Part shown: positions 15,601 through 30,600 of the stretch, one piece after another
How positions within the stretch are numbered: position 1 is the first letter of the stretch
Layout of the letters: every line of letters begins with the position of its first letter
DNA from: Tubulanus polymorphus
Taxonomy: Eukaryota; Animalia; Nemertea
Assembly (NCBI RefSeq): GCF_964204645.1
Contig: NC_134029.1
Location: 19,214,950-19,278,949 of the forward strand
Direction: 5' to 3'
Length of the DNA: 64,000 nucleotides
Program-made: the position numbers and the translations under genes
The notes under the pieces: generated by a model
The model's input: only the letters and a program-made list of their open reading frames with translations
Databases searched by the model: none
What the model was told of the DNA's origin: nothing

Positions 15601-18600
15601 TTTCGGTCTATTCTCTTGAACTTTCGCGACGTATTTCCCCGGACGCTGGAACACGGGAACGTTGTCGTTCTCGTCGATGACATTGATGCGTACGTCGACC
15701 GTCGTGCTTTTCGGCGGCGAGCCGTGATCGGCGGCCGAAACGTGCAACACGTACGTACTGTCGACTTCGCGATCGAGTCGAACAGACGTCGATATCAAAC
15801 CGGTGTTCGCGTTTATCGTGAACAGGTCGGTTTTCGTTTCAATTTTATAGCCGATCAACGCGTTCTGTCCTTTGTCCAAATCGACGGCGGATACCGATCC
15901 GACCTGCGTCATATCCGGCCGGTTTTCGTGGACGCTGAACGTATACTCGTCGGCTTGGAATGTCGGGACGTGGTCGTTGTCGTCTTGGACGTGGACGGTG
16001 ATCGAAGCAGTCGCCGACAGCTCCGGTTGGCCATTATCGACGGCCTGGACGGTCAGCGCGAACGTTTCTTTCGGCGCTTGATTGAGCAATTTTCGAACGT
16101 AAACCGAGCCGTCGTTCGGGTAAACGCCGAACCACTCGGCGTCCGCCGACACGCGCAACGTGTACGTAATACGCGCGTTGTTACCGTAATCGCGATCGGT
16201 CGCCGAAACCTGCAAGAACTTCTCGCGTAGTCCCGCTGATTCGCGGATTGTCGCCTTGTACGAAGACTTTGCAAAAACCGGCGCGTTATCGTTGAAATCT
16301 TGCACGGCGACGACGAGCGTCATTGAAGCGCTCTGCGGAGCGGTCGGATTTAAATCGACCGCGCGAATAGTCACCGAATACCTCTTCGTCGCTTCGTAAT
16401 CCATTTGCGATTGCACGCTCACGGCGCCGGTGATCGAATCGATGGCGAACATATTCTGCGGATTCTGCGTCAGCGAATAACGAATCATTCCGTTTTGGCC
16501 GCTGTCTCGGTCGGTAGCGCGAACTTGGTAGATTTTCGTAGCCGGCGGCGTGTTCTCTTTCACCGGGATTTCGATGCTGTTTACGCTGAACTCTGGCTTA
16601 TTGTCGTTTATGTCTGATATCGTTACATTGGCCTGGTAAAGAAAAACATGAAAATTGGTGAAATTTCCCGGTGTCTGGTTCAGTCTTTATACTGCTGGAA
16701 AGTTTCTCAAAATTCTATAGTATAGTGATTTATTTACTTATAGTATGTACATTTTAAACATAATTCCTAAGATATAAACAAATAAATAGGTAAGGAAGGA
16801 CAACCCCCTCTATGTAAGTTATTTCGATAAGCTAGAAGTGTTCCAATGAGTGAACAAAAAGTCCAAAACCATTTCATAATGTACTTGTTAAAGCTAGATC
16901 AATTCCAAAAACAGAAACTCTTAGTCAGTTCCATACGAGGAACCCGTAGTAAATTAAGCAAAAACAGCTCTGAAATTACCTGAGCTCTGCCGAATCTGGG
17001 AGGATTGCCTTGCTGCGCTTGAATGCCGAGCAGTCGCGAGGGTATCGTATCGTGATCCAGAGTCTTGGCGACCGTGATTATTCCCGTCGTTTGTCCGATC
17101 TGAAACATTTGCTGCGGATCACCGGACACTATGCTGTACGTGTTACCTATGAAGAAGAATTATCGAATCAGTCTTAAAGCCCTCAAAAGATCATCTAAAC
17201 GTTCCTGATAATGGCATAGTTTAATCCAAAATGCAGTTCTGAATTCAGTTTATAAAGTTCGTTCTAACCCTGGAATCAATATTTGATTCAGAACTGTGGG
17301 ACTCTGCCCAGATAAAAAAATGAAATGAGATGATTTTAACCCCTTCAGTGATGACACATTGTTACCCTGAAGTGCTGGAGACAATTTGAAGATTTCGAAA
17401 AATTCCACCCCAGTGCGTTGTCTAATGGGCATACACTGCTATAGTACATCTACATTGTGGTGCGATGTTATTGTTAGTTACTAATATTTCCATATGTAGT
17501 TGCCATCTTTCAGTAGAGATAACAGCAACTAGTTACTAATAACATCAATACACCACAATACGGTGTACTATCAAATTAATACAAATTATTACTGATTGAT
17601 ACACTGCACTGGGTTAAAAGGGTAGAACTGAAGTGAATTAAACCATCATGGAAAAGTAAGTATAGATGATTGTTACCTTGTTGTGTTGCTGTAACAGTCC
17701 CCACCGAAGCTCCTGGAGTTGCATCTTCCGGAATGGAGAATTTGAAAAGTAGCGAACTAAAAGTCGGAAGACCCTGATTGGACGAGATGATACTGATCGT
17801 CACCACGGCATTGACGAGCGATTTCATACCAGCGCCATCCGTGGCCGATACTTGTAAATTATGGACGCGTTGTTGACCGGACGTATATGAACTCTGTAGC
17901 TTGATCAAACCTGTAAAGGGAGATTGATACGCCGATAGTGAATTAACTGCCATTCCGAATACCTGGTTACCGTGGCTAAAATTCCATGGATACCACTTTA
18001 GGATAGCACGCTTAGTTATATTATTTAACAAAATTGGAATCAACAGGATCTCAGGCAGAGGCACCTAAGAAGTGAAAAGTTAGGGGGTGTGGTGTAGTGG
18101 GTGAATAGTTTTAAGCCATCAGGCTTTGATCAACTGGTCTTGTCAGAGGTCATGGGTTCAAATCAAGTTACTGGTGAGCCCCTCAGGTTAAGGCAAATAC
18201 CAGCCTATAAAACAGGCCCGTGGTGGCTGCAGTTACTTTGACGTCTGGCATTCCCTTTTATCGGAAAATCGGAGAAAAAAACCTTGAACCTGCGGATAAA
18301 GCCCTTGAGCGGGATGAAAAAAATATGGAGAAGTCTAAATGGCAAATTTTCGATATATATGTCCTCAAATCATTGTATTTTCATGGTTGACCCGTATATT
18401 TTTCCATAATGAATATGCCACTTAGTAACACAGACAAAATCGTCGAAACGGTTATTCATTTGTTATATGGAGGAAGGGGTGGGGGATATTAGGGGGAAGG
18501 GGGAATTCCGCTACGAGAACTCAACGAGACATCGAGCAGCTAACACTGGCGCGATTGAAGAGGTTAATCTGTCACTGGATGCAATGAGTAGTAATACCAA

Positions 18601-21600
18601 TCGATACGCTCGAGAGGTTATACTCTAGTCGTTATATCGCGTCCGAACATTCATCGCGTATAGCTAACAATAATAATGCATTACGTGTGTATATAGATTT
18701 TCAATATTCGCATCCTACGTGCCACCGGTAAATCAGTTGTTTACCTACGCGAACAAGAAACTTTGTCCACGAAGTTAAATTGTTACTGAGTGGTCTTGGT
18801 ATACTACTATTCACGCATACAGAAGGCGTTTTCAAATTATGGGTAATTTCGGTAAATTCTTTTTACAACTGGTCCGAAGTCGCGGTTGCACCATTTACGC
18901 TTCGATTTTACGTTCAACCACATAATTTCAGGAAATTCTTTTACCGGTAATAACTGGTCGAAAGTCGTAGTCATACAGCGTTTGCTTAAATATTACTTTT
19001 AAGAGTTCAAATGAAAATTGATTCACTTTCGCTGATTCAAACATGACTGTATTCAAATCCGATACATAACTACGGTCCTCGTATCATACCAATGAACCGT
19101 TATCAGAAATTTTCAAACGCTGCAGGTCAATTTCAAAGTTCGATCATCATTTCCAAGGTGGGGTTAGCTACTCGGTTGAGGATTAACCCTTTACAGGTCG
19201 ATAGCGTGTTGGATTTTCAAAAATGTAGTTCCACTCATTTTCAATTCCGAAGGATATACATGTTTTAAGCAGAAACGTATTATCTATGAGCAATCATCTC
19301 TGAGATGATTGCTCGTAGGTATATTGTACATATAACTACTACGAACAGAAATCATTCATGGGCCATAACCGAGCATCCTGAACTAAGGCTTTACATCCGA
19401 GAATCCATGTCGAAGCTGGGTTCAAAATTTCAAACGTGGCCGAAATAAATAGTTCTTCTTCATACCTGAGGTTTGACCGATCGTGAAGAGATTGTCCGCG
19501 TTGCCGCCGACGATCGCGTATCGGACGGAGCCGAAATCTCCCGAATCGGCGTCCGATGCGCTGACGAGGGCGACCTCGGCGCCGACGACGCCGTTCTCGT
19601 TCAGATTCACCGAGTACGACGTCGGATAGAACACCGGCCGATTGTCGTTTTTATCGAGGACGGAAATTTTCACCATCGCCGTCGTGTATAGATTATCTGA
19701 AAAATAGAAAATGAAATATTTTCGAATTTTGAAAATAACGGACTAGAATACAAAAAGACACATTCTTAAACAACAGAACCAATCAATTCTCGCTAAGTTG
19801 TTTGCAGGTTCAGGCTGGATGGATGATTGTTTTATATGAATCAAAAGCGGATTTTCCAATCGTGTTCTTTCGATTCAGACAAAAAATTCTGTTAATTCCA
19901 TTGCACAAGTATATCCGATCTCTGATTTTAATCTACTTTAGGCTAAAGAAAATGCCTTCAATCAGGGGCGTTGGAAGCATCTTTTGATTGCCGAGGCCAG
20001 TTGCCGATTTTTGACAGGGACTTATGTTGCTGGGGCGAATTTACTTCAATTTCATCAAAAACATAATAAATCAAAGTAAATAATTGCTGCGGCTTTCACG
20101 GCTTCAGTAGCTGTGGTTCCAATGCCACTGTCAATTAAACCTTTTTGTTTTTCTGCGGTATTGTGGCTAAAATGAAGGTATCGAAACTCATTTCCTTCCA
20201 ATCACTCAATCACTGAATTAGACTCCACACCTTACGTAGGTCGATAAGAAATATTTTGTTTTTAGGCACGTAACAAGATGGAATAAGTTCGGTCGATTTT
20301 AAATATTTCTTTTCAAATCAATGAATTATTAGGATTTATTAGGGATTACATGTTATGTTGTCATACACTCAGAAACTAAAACGCTATCCTATTCTCTGAC
20401 TAGTTAATTAAGCCCGAGACGTGAAAATTGACCAATTTTCAAACAACAGCCCATGGGATTAATACTCTCTTGACTGGATCTCCTAGGGGCGAAAATAGCA
20501 ATTGAGATGACACTCTTATAGCATACTTCATATCTAGGACTTAATTACGGGCTCGGTTTGATCTCTGGGGAAGACCAGTTGAAGATTTTTCAACTTAGAT
20601 GACTATCATATATTTGGAGCTCCCCGTTAATTGCTCGAGCCAAGCAATGCTTTTGTGGTCAGGCTGGTAGATATCGCAGTGGGCGTCACAAACAACAATA
20701 GGGTACTTTTGTCAAGCACATGCTGAGAGCCAAACAGTGAAAGTGCATGTATTGTAGCCGGCTAAATATCGCGCAATTACCAAATTAAGTCTCATATCAG
20801 GGAAACATTTCTGGGAATTTAGAACACACCTCAGAAATGTACTAATTTCTTGAATAGAAGATTAGTATAGAAACATGTACGAAATTTGACTGCACACATT
20901 CCTACGAAAATATCCGAAGACGTATATAAATTAAGAACATACCAAATGATCCCCATTCCAATGACATAGGCCTGTATTTAGCTAAGCCGAATTACAAATA
21001 TGCCTATCCAAACAAGGGCCCTAGATGAATCGAATAAATTTCGTCTGGACACCAAATAATCGTTTAACCCCGGTGATATTTATTCGCTATCAACAAATAG
21101 TTTATGAAACCGATCGCCTTTTTATCTAGGAATGCGCGATATACCGAAGTGCGGGCTAGGGGAAGCAAATACAAATTCCATCAACGCCGATATTGACAAT
21201 ATACCATTACAGGGTTTCCAGTGTTAAGGCCAGGGCAAAAAATTGTGACTTTTTCGGCAATTTTAGACCCATACGAAGGGACTATTTGACACGGAAAGAG
21301 GTACCTTCCAGTAAATTGAGGACCCATAAGGAAGCATTTTCGCAATGCCTTCACCGGAATACTAGTCATGTAGACCAGTCATACATTAAAGGGTAATTCC
21401 ATAACACGTTCCTATATTTTTAATCTTACTGACAGTTGAATTTACAGGCCCAATAAAATACTTCAACAGTCGAATTCGCGACATAATTGCGCGTGAAAAA
21501 TACATGAAAATCAAATTCGGAAAGATTTTTCTATCAATTAGAAAGACAAAGTTGATGTTTGTCCAAACTTTTTCCAAGAGAAGAACGAAGAATGTAATGA

Positions 21601-24600
21601 ATGGAATGCAAGAATATAATGTAACCAATCAGTAACTGGAATATTCCCTAGGCCAACAATAATGATAAAACACCGGTCATTTTGCCATTCGCATTAATTA
21701 TGATTAATAAAGCAAACATTTTTCTAACGTGATAACGGACAGAATCAAGGTATGACTATACGCGTATTGTTGGCGGCTTTCCTTATTTTGTTTGAACGTT
21801 CCAAGCGCCGTTATGAAAAGCGGTGACTTCTGACATTTGATGTCTCCACCCACCTATGTCCTTTGAGGCGCGTGCGGGCTAATGGCGATATTGCGGTTAC
21901 TGTCGCGCCAGGGTCCCTACAGATCAGTCGTTCGTGAATATATGAGTTTTCGTGGTTTTGAAAGCAGTAAATTTCTAATTTTGTGGAAGGAATGTCGCGT
22001 CACTTTTATATCCCTATTACAGTAGACTCCTCCTAAATTGGTATTGTTTATGCGGTAATCCATTAATTCAGTGGTTTTGTTAGCAAATTTTGATCTTTTA
22101 CAGGTACCTAAACTCTGTTTCTAATTCGGTAACTGCCTAATAGGGTAAAAATAAATCCCAACTTAACTGATTTAGGCGTAGTTCACTGTACAACTAAAAA
22201 CTAGACAAAAATTTCTAATTGCCTATTTCTCAAAATTAAAGGAGGTTTGAGCATTTTGTTCAAATTAAAGCAGTTTCAAGAGCCTTGACGAAGCATTTTC
22301 CATTTTGTAGGAGTTATCAAGGAACCAAGGAGTCGTTAGGGCACGGTCTAAGGTGAAATGTACGATATGGGATATGGTACGGTCGTCCGCCTTTGATATC
22401 CGAGCGGCGATTCAGGCGACCGGCGACTATTAAAAAGGTACACGGCGGCTGCGTCGCATTGGCGACCATGCATGCGTGCACGTAAACCGCAATTCGCATT
22501 AAATAACTCTCTTCATTCATACAATAATACACTATCCACAGCATATGGCAAACCATAAACAAGTAAAAACCCTATAATACAGACGGCGGACATTTTTGTT
22601 ATCGTCGAACAAAAGCCTCTTGTAACGCGTCATATCTTACGTATATGACTATGATAAATATTCGAATTATAGGGAAAAACGCACTTGAAAAACTCTGCTC
22701 GAAGAGATATCTTTAACAGTATTAAACTTTATGGCGCCCTGAAATAAATGCCTGAACTACCAATTTGGGTGGGTTAACGTTAGAAATGTTGATAGGAAAC
22801 TACAGTTTAATTGATTTTATTCAGATTTTCACTTATTTTGGACTAAAATTACAGTCCCCACTAGGTTATTTCTATTCAAATGAGAGCACATTATTCGCAT
22901 TTCGTATAATTCGAACAAAATTTTCCAGTACCAGTCGATCCGAATTAAGTGAGTTCTACTACTGTAATAGTTTGTTAGGCGCATCCAAAAGATGGGCCAA
23001 AGATGCAGTTTCTGGTCCCTCCTATTCGGCGGTTCATCATAGCAGCAGCCATTTTGGAGGTTAAGTTTTTCAATAAAAGATGCCCGCCTCCAAAATCCCT
23101 AATATGATGCTTTGAACTAGGCTCAGGTCATGTGATGCATAACTCGTCGCTGATTGGCTACAACCATCTGATCGTGTTGTTGAAATCTTGCGATTCGGTT
23201 TACGACGGGTCGGCGATGAATCCGTCGCGGTCGTGAGTAAACTCACGTCGAAAAGGTTCCCGATGAAAAAATCGCAGACTCGCCTCCTAACGATTTGACG
23301 ATCTGATCGGGCCGTAGGTCGACCTGAGCTTAGCTTAACTACTAAAGAACTTAGTGAAAGTTCAGATATACTTCATATCAACATTGTTGAAGCAATTTTA
23401 CCCGAGGTAGTTGAATGTCTAATAATTGGCATATATTCTCTACGTAAGTAAAAAAAACCCAGAGGAAACTAAATCAGTTGTTCATACACCGCAGGCAATA
23501 AGGGCTATAACATCCCGCAGTACCTTGTGTCACCATACCGACGGTACCGGAATAAAAACGGAGATTAATATAATACACTGCTGTAAATATCCGCGAGCTC
23601 CGACCGAAAAATAGCTTCGCGAAAAGATCTTGAGTCCACAACCACAGGACTGTTAGGCGTGTGAAAATTATGGCATTCTTGAAGTAGGGCTACACAACCT
23701 TATCCCTTAAAACTGAAAATCTGGATAAAATGCCTCCTAGTGCTTCCCGAGGATTGAAATGTATTTTGCTGAATGCTTTAAGTTTACGTGAATACAGCAT
23801 AATTGGCTCTTCTTTAAGTTTTTTTATACATTCCCAAAAATTTCTTCTGTGCGTCAAAAGTACGCAAAATGTTTGGACGGAGAGACTTACGTCGGCTTTC
23901 TTTTCTACCGATGGATACTTCGATATCAGCGCGCGGGGCACTTCGCTTTTCTTATCATACATTATCAAACCCTAGCGGAACCGGATAAGTGGCACCTATT
24001 CGTAACAACGATATCCTGCCCTCAACGCGAAAGTGGTCTAATCAAAAATTCATATACATGTTCCAGACAGGAAAATAATCGCTTGAATTTCTTCTCAAAC
24101 ACAATTCGCCGGCCGTACGGAAATCTAATACGTTCGCTCAAAGAATGCAATCGTATATAATTTTCTTGTAATTCCCCTGAAGGGCAAATAGACGCGAGCT
24201 AAATGCCAACGAGAATTATGCGAAGAAACCAATCCTATTACCCCCGGTACTCTTCCGAGATGAGAGCGTGCAACTTAAATAGGTTTCAAGTAAAGGCACG
24301 ACCCAGTTTGATAGTGCCCAGTTAACTCGATTCTCGACTCAAAAATGTTAGCTCATTTTCAAATATTTTGACTCTATCTACGCTATAGAGTTGACTCTAT
24401 TAATCATCTAGGGCTACGCTCAAATATTCGCTCGAAATTATTGAAATAAAGACCAACGCACACGACACAGGAAAACACTGAAACAGGAGACAGAAATATG
24501 TTTCCGAGCGTTTCCCTGTATCGTGTGGATTTGTGACGTTTTTGAGATAAAACATGTTTGATTCCATGTTTTTAAGTTTTCCGGCGTCATGTGCTTTTAC

Positions 24601-27600
24601 GAGAATCATGGTTTCAGGAAACATGCTTGTTTCAGTGTTTCTAAGTTTCCCTGTGTCGTGCGAACATTTGGATTAAAGGCGGAATATTCTTTCATCTCAA
24701 CTATTTGAAAGAGTGACCATCGTCGTGAGTGAAAATTGGCACAAGATCCAGCTCGGCGATGACCGATGGTAATGCGGTTTTCACATACAGACCTTACGGC
24801 TCTAAGCGTATAACAAAATGCATATCATCGATCTATGCAGCATTTGTCGAGTAACTATCCGATTACAGTCAACGGTTTATATTTCTGACCAAACACTCTT
24901 TCTATTCCGTTGTTTGCCGACTAACAGACAATTCGGACTAGTACACGTCCCGCGTGAAATCGAATCGTGAATTTCAAATACACGATTGATAACAGGGAGC
25001 GACGAGACGTCGTTTGTGACGTCACGGTTAAAAACCCTTTTGGTGCCGACTTATAAGTACCCTAAATTGCGGGAGATCGTTAGAAAATGTTTGAAAAATT
25101 CCAGCCCAGTGCATCAAATAACAGGCATTCGCTATAGTGCGTCTACACCCCCGTACGGTGTATCGTTCGTTACTTAATTAGATTAATACGCCATAGTGCG
25201 TCGTACTAGCAAAGTCAATCACCAATTAATTCACCGCACTGCAGTGTAGATGCACTGAAAGGGTTTTGAACAGATTTCGTGTTAACGCGGGTCGATGTTA
25301 CGCCAGGAAACACGGAACCAAACTGGTTTCAGGTTGTTTCCGAAACCACGTTTCTCATTCCTCATGTTACATACGCCATCTGGTGGGATAGCTGGACCCT
25401 CGTTCTCCCGAGAAATGTACCTGCATCGCTGGCGACGATCTGAAACTCGTAGACACTCGTTCGTTCGTAGTCGAGCGGTCGTTTGATGCAGATCTGACCG
25501 GATTTTTCGTCGATCTCGAATTCGTCGGGCCGCGTAAATCCTGATCCGGTGCCGAGCGAATACGTAACTTGAGCGTTTACTCCGCAATCTGGATCTGTCG
25601 CCGACACCTGCAAATATACAGGTCGTTAGAAGATATATTGAAAGTCAAGGTCATTGTGATTGCAAGGTTTTTTTTATTGAAATTTTGCCATCTCATAAGA
25701 AATATGAAGGGCTTAATGGTAGAATAACCACACTCCAAAGGGGAGAATAGATACTCAGTTAAAAACTATCTACTGATCTACTAAGAGTTTAAAACGTTAT
25801 GTCATTTTAATTTTTTGATTGAATAAATTCTTGATTTTAAAACTTTTAAATCTATAGGCCTATCTATGTGGTGTATGTGATGGGTTTTTATCTAATCACG
25901 AAGGACGAGAAGCATAAAGAGGGTTAACAAATACAGTCACTAGTATCTCATTGATACCTTTTTTCATTCGAAATGGCTTAGCAATAAATTTAGCTCAGTT
26001 AACCAATAAATACTTGATTCATTAATAAAACATTGATACATTCTACAATTGATAATATATACTCTTTTTGGGATATTTGGCTAGACATTGTTATATTGTA
26101 CACGGTATATTGGCTCAAATTTTCCAATTGAATGACCATTCATACATAACTAACACTCTAAAGCCTGCATGCTGTTTTTCGGCGTAGATTAACATTTTAA
26201 AGGTATACGTAATAAATTCTCAAAATTCGCTAAGAATGACCAATGTTCCTTTAATAAGGGTAGGAGGAACCAGCAAGTTATAACGCCTTTTGTTCGACGG
26301 CGGATTATGTCCAGTTGGACTATAGGGCATAAAATAAAGGCATTTATTGTACTTTTATGGACTATATGAGCTATACGACACCGTTTGCAAGTCGGCTTAA
26401 TTACAAAACGGTTGGATTTTACTGAGCCATGCGTGTCCTTGTTCAGTTCGAAACAATATTACTGCCACACCTTACACTTCGCTGTATATACCCCACAGCG
26501 GATACATGTTTGTGTGTCCAACTCGACAAACATTTTGGCCGAAAGCCAACGCGAAAACTGAAATAATTTTCCCAAAGGGCGATCGGGAAAGAAGATTAAA
26601 ATAGTCGATTCAAAGGAGAATTCGGATATGTAATCATAATCAATGAGTTTGAGAGTACTATATGTGAACATTTTAATTCACGTAGGTTCCGAGACAAAAA
26701 TCCTATTAGTCAGTCATGAAAACAAACTCGGGAAAATATCAGAAACATCAAGGTCTTCAGCTTTTACGATATAGGTCTTATAGGTACCATTAGCAGACGC
26801 CTGTAAATTGTGGGGCGTTAGGATGACACATAAGCCCGTAAATTGCGGGGCGTTTGGATGTCAATTGAACATTTCGGCATACACAATGTTCACTTGTCAG
26901 ATTTCAAATGTTTTATGATTTTTCCATAGAGAGCTTTATAATGAAGACGGAACCGCCTGCCTCGTGGCCTGGGGAATTTATGGGACCTATTGCTATTATG
27001 TAATAAATATGTAGACACAAGCAACGTTGTCACCAAATATTACCCAATTAGACCGGAGTGTGGGAATTATGAGACGCTTAGACCCTGCACATGAAAAGTT
27101 GATATGATATGAGTGTTCGATGGTTTGTTAATTTCGAACAATTAAGCACCAATAAAACTAATACCCGATGATCTCGTCGTATCTCCAGGTACCCAGTTGC
27201 CTAGACTACCGTCTGAGTGTATACTTAAAGCATTCCGCGATTATTTTCATATTTTCAGAAAAATCATGATGGTCGAAATTTCATCTCATTAAAGGAACTA
27301 TTTCACCTTCATGATGAATCATGACTATAAACAAGACTACATTAATAAGCAAATCTGATGTGAAAGTGGAAAAAAATGTTTTTCAGTCAATGTCCTCACT
27401 TTGTTGTAGGCCTATATACATGTACGGTAGAACCCGATTAATTCCGATAATTTCGGACCGACAAAATCCTTGCTTACTCAACATTTTTGAGAAATCTGGA
27501 TTAAACATTATATCTTGCATACATGATCGTAGGAGGAGCATAGATAATATCCAGATCAGATAAAAATCAGCCTAACTCGGACACGGCCGAATCAGACAAA

Positions 27601-30600
27601 TTTGACTTTTAACTCATTGCTTTTAATCATTTTCTGATTTCCGAACGTATTTTTCAACCCCCAGCCTCGTGGCCTGGGGAATTTATGGGACCTATTGCTA
27701 TTATGTAATAAATATGTAGACACAAGCAACGTTGTCACCAAATATTACCCAATTAGACCGTCCATCTTACATCAACTTGTTCGACAACATTTCCATCCGC
27801 GAGCCGAAAAGTCCAGTTTTAAGGTTCATTGAAAATGTACTAATTACGTAATAATAAAAATATTGATAACAATAATTTATTTACACTAAAACCCATTATA
27901 GGTATTAGAGGGACTCAAAATTTATGACTAGCGTATCGTTACACCATCTGGTGTGTGCCGGTACCCCTGTTCGAACGACTGCTGCTGCGCATAAGACTTC
28001 AAGACCAAAACCATACGGCGTAAAATCTTGCGCGCAGTTAGTTCCCTACTGACACACTAATGAATAACGCGAGGAACGAGGACACAAAACAGTAGTTCGT
28101 CACGAAAAATATGCCAAAAATTACAACGTGACGCAAAGAATGAATATATACAGCCGATCGCAAGACGACCACGACGACGTTTTTTCGAAATCGGCGAACA
28201 TTCGTCAATCGGCGTTTAGATAAGATCTTCTTTGTGAGCAGACACGACGCTCTGAAGTACTATTCATTGACGAAATTACCGAGCACTCGACCTGAATTTT
28301 ATCCACTTTTCTATAAAAACAGAACGACGACGATGATGACTAAAACCGGCTGGTCGTGTTTTTTTTTCAAGCGAGAATGTGGAAAATTAATCTATCGCGT
28401 CTATGACACGAACGTCGAGTAAATCATTTATCAGTATTTCTCAGTGTTTAACGTCATTCTTCCCTCTATGCGCCGTGTGTGTGAAAAATCAAACATAAAG
28501 AATCGCGGACAGATTGAATTGAATTTGTGAGTTATTAATACTTAATCGAGTTGACAGCTATGAGTTTTAAATCACCGATTACGTGTTGAAATACTCGTTT
28601 GAAAATCGATACGATAGGAACGGCCGAACACGCGTCGATTTTTGGAAACGGAACAAACTTGAAGAAAGACCTATAGAATGATGAAATTGATCTACAACAT
28701 CCATACTTTTTTATGAATTAACTCTCTACATATCACAGGGTGTCTGTCCATTGTCAATGGTTCGAATAACTGAGACCAAAGTTGCGCGTAAATATAGTCG
28801 AGGTCCATGGGCAAATTTCATCGGATGTCCTGGGCGCCTGGGACACTCAAACATTTTTTCAAATAGGCCCATAGATGTTTTGCAATTATCAAAACACAAA
28901 TTTCATAGCTGAGTTGATCTACTTGCATTTGGTTCCACAGAAGCCCACAGAATATCTTTGCTTGTACCTAATTTCTTGGGGTGTATTTGTGCCTTCCTGA
29001 TATTTGCCCTTGAGTTAACAACTAGCAAACGTGTTACATTAGACACGGAAATGACTGACATGAAACTTATAATTGTATTCCCATAAATAAACGAGGGGTT
29101 TTCAAGACTATGATCATTTCTGCCCAAACATTCGGGGCTGTATTTCGCTCGAAATTTCACCGTGTACCAATACACCGTAGATACAAATTATAACTGGCGC
29201 TTGTTGAGCATTCGGACAAAGCATAGCGTGCGTTCGCGTAACCAAACCATCAGCTTGCACAGATTCGAGTAATAAATGAAATATGAATAGTAGGCGAGAG
29301 TTATGTAATAATTTCAATGCGCCTATCAATACTCGATATAGACATCCAGCGTGTACAAGCTGTGATATTACCCATCAAATAGACTGATACTAATGACGGT
29401 ATTCTACATAATTCATGAAGGCGTAGCTTTGAGCCGGGCCCGTGCCGAGAGGGGGTTCAGGGTTAGCAACCAAACCCCCTTAAATTTTCATAGTGCCCTT
29501 CGAAAAGTCAGTGTCAAAAAATTAGGGCCAAGATTTTTCTAAATTTGTATAGAATTTTCATGCTTTTTTGGAAAATGAAAAGTAATCGATTCTAAAATTA
29601 TTTGTTCAGGTACCCGGGCGCTTCATATTTATGATCTGCCCTTTTTCAATAGGAAAGTGCCCCTTTTTGAAATACAACTGTCCCTCAAAAAAGCTGGCCA
29701 CAGGCCTGTGAACTGGAAAAGGGAAATAGTTTTCTTGAAAATATGGAATGAATGGGAAATCAAAATTAGCCTGATAAATATGATATCAAATTGATATTCA
29801 GCAGCATTGTCAATAGACCTACTCTAAGATCTTAATGCTGGCACAGCAGTTGTACAATGACATGCCTTTTTGTTAAAACATATGAAAGTTCATTTATAAG
29901 GGGAAAAGTCTAGTTGACCATATCTAAATATCGCTGACCTTTCAAACTTTCTACGAATTCTAACAACAGAAAATAATTCGACTACAAAAGTCTTGTAGGT
30001 ACTCGAATTTCTATGACGGCTGGTAAAATGTAATAGGTCTGAAGCTTTCGAGAGCAAATTCAATAAAAAGTAGGCTTTTCACGTTAGGTAAAGAGATGAT
30101 ATGAGCAACAATGGGTGGTCTGAACTATTGCCTCATGGGATCACGGTAATGGTCATGACTATTCGGGTTTGGTTTTTGGGAAAAATTTGTTTCTTTACTA
30201 GGGCTCCTATTTTAGTTCTATGATAAACAATCAAAAACACTGATCCTTAAATTTTGGATACATAACTATCCTTGGGGTCAATCTCTCGGAAAATTACTCA
30301 GGGGCCACTATTATTTGACTTGCTTTTCCCCTGACTATTCCATGGCACGTACGTTTTTTTCCATGACTTGGTCTGCTAAGAATTCAACCAATTAACAGTC
30401 AAATATATATGACATAGACAGAGTTTGAATTTAAGTGCAATCTAGCAAATTTCACTGACTTTTCCATGGTTTTAGCTGTATTACAAAATTTCCCTGACCA
30501 TTCCCCGAATTTTTTGATAGATAGATTTTTTGATGAACACTTTTGATAGATGGAAGACATTAAGTCTTGAGCCGAATAATGACAACTTAATACAACGTTC

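Noticed and set aside
18083-18175. tRNA gene
   Set aside because: A and B boxes are present but spacing is long and there are no acceptor or anticodon stems; better explained as a SINE head.
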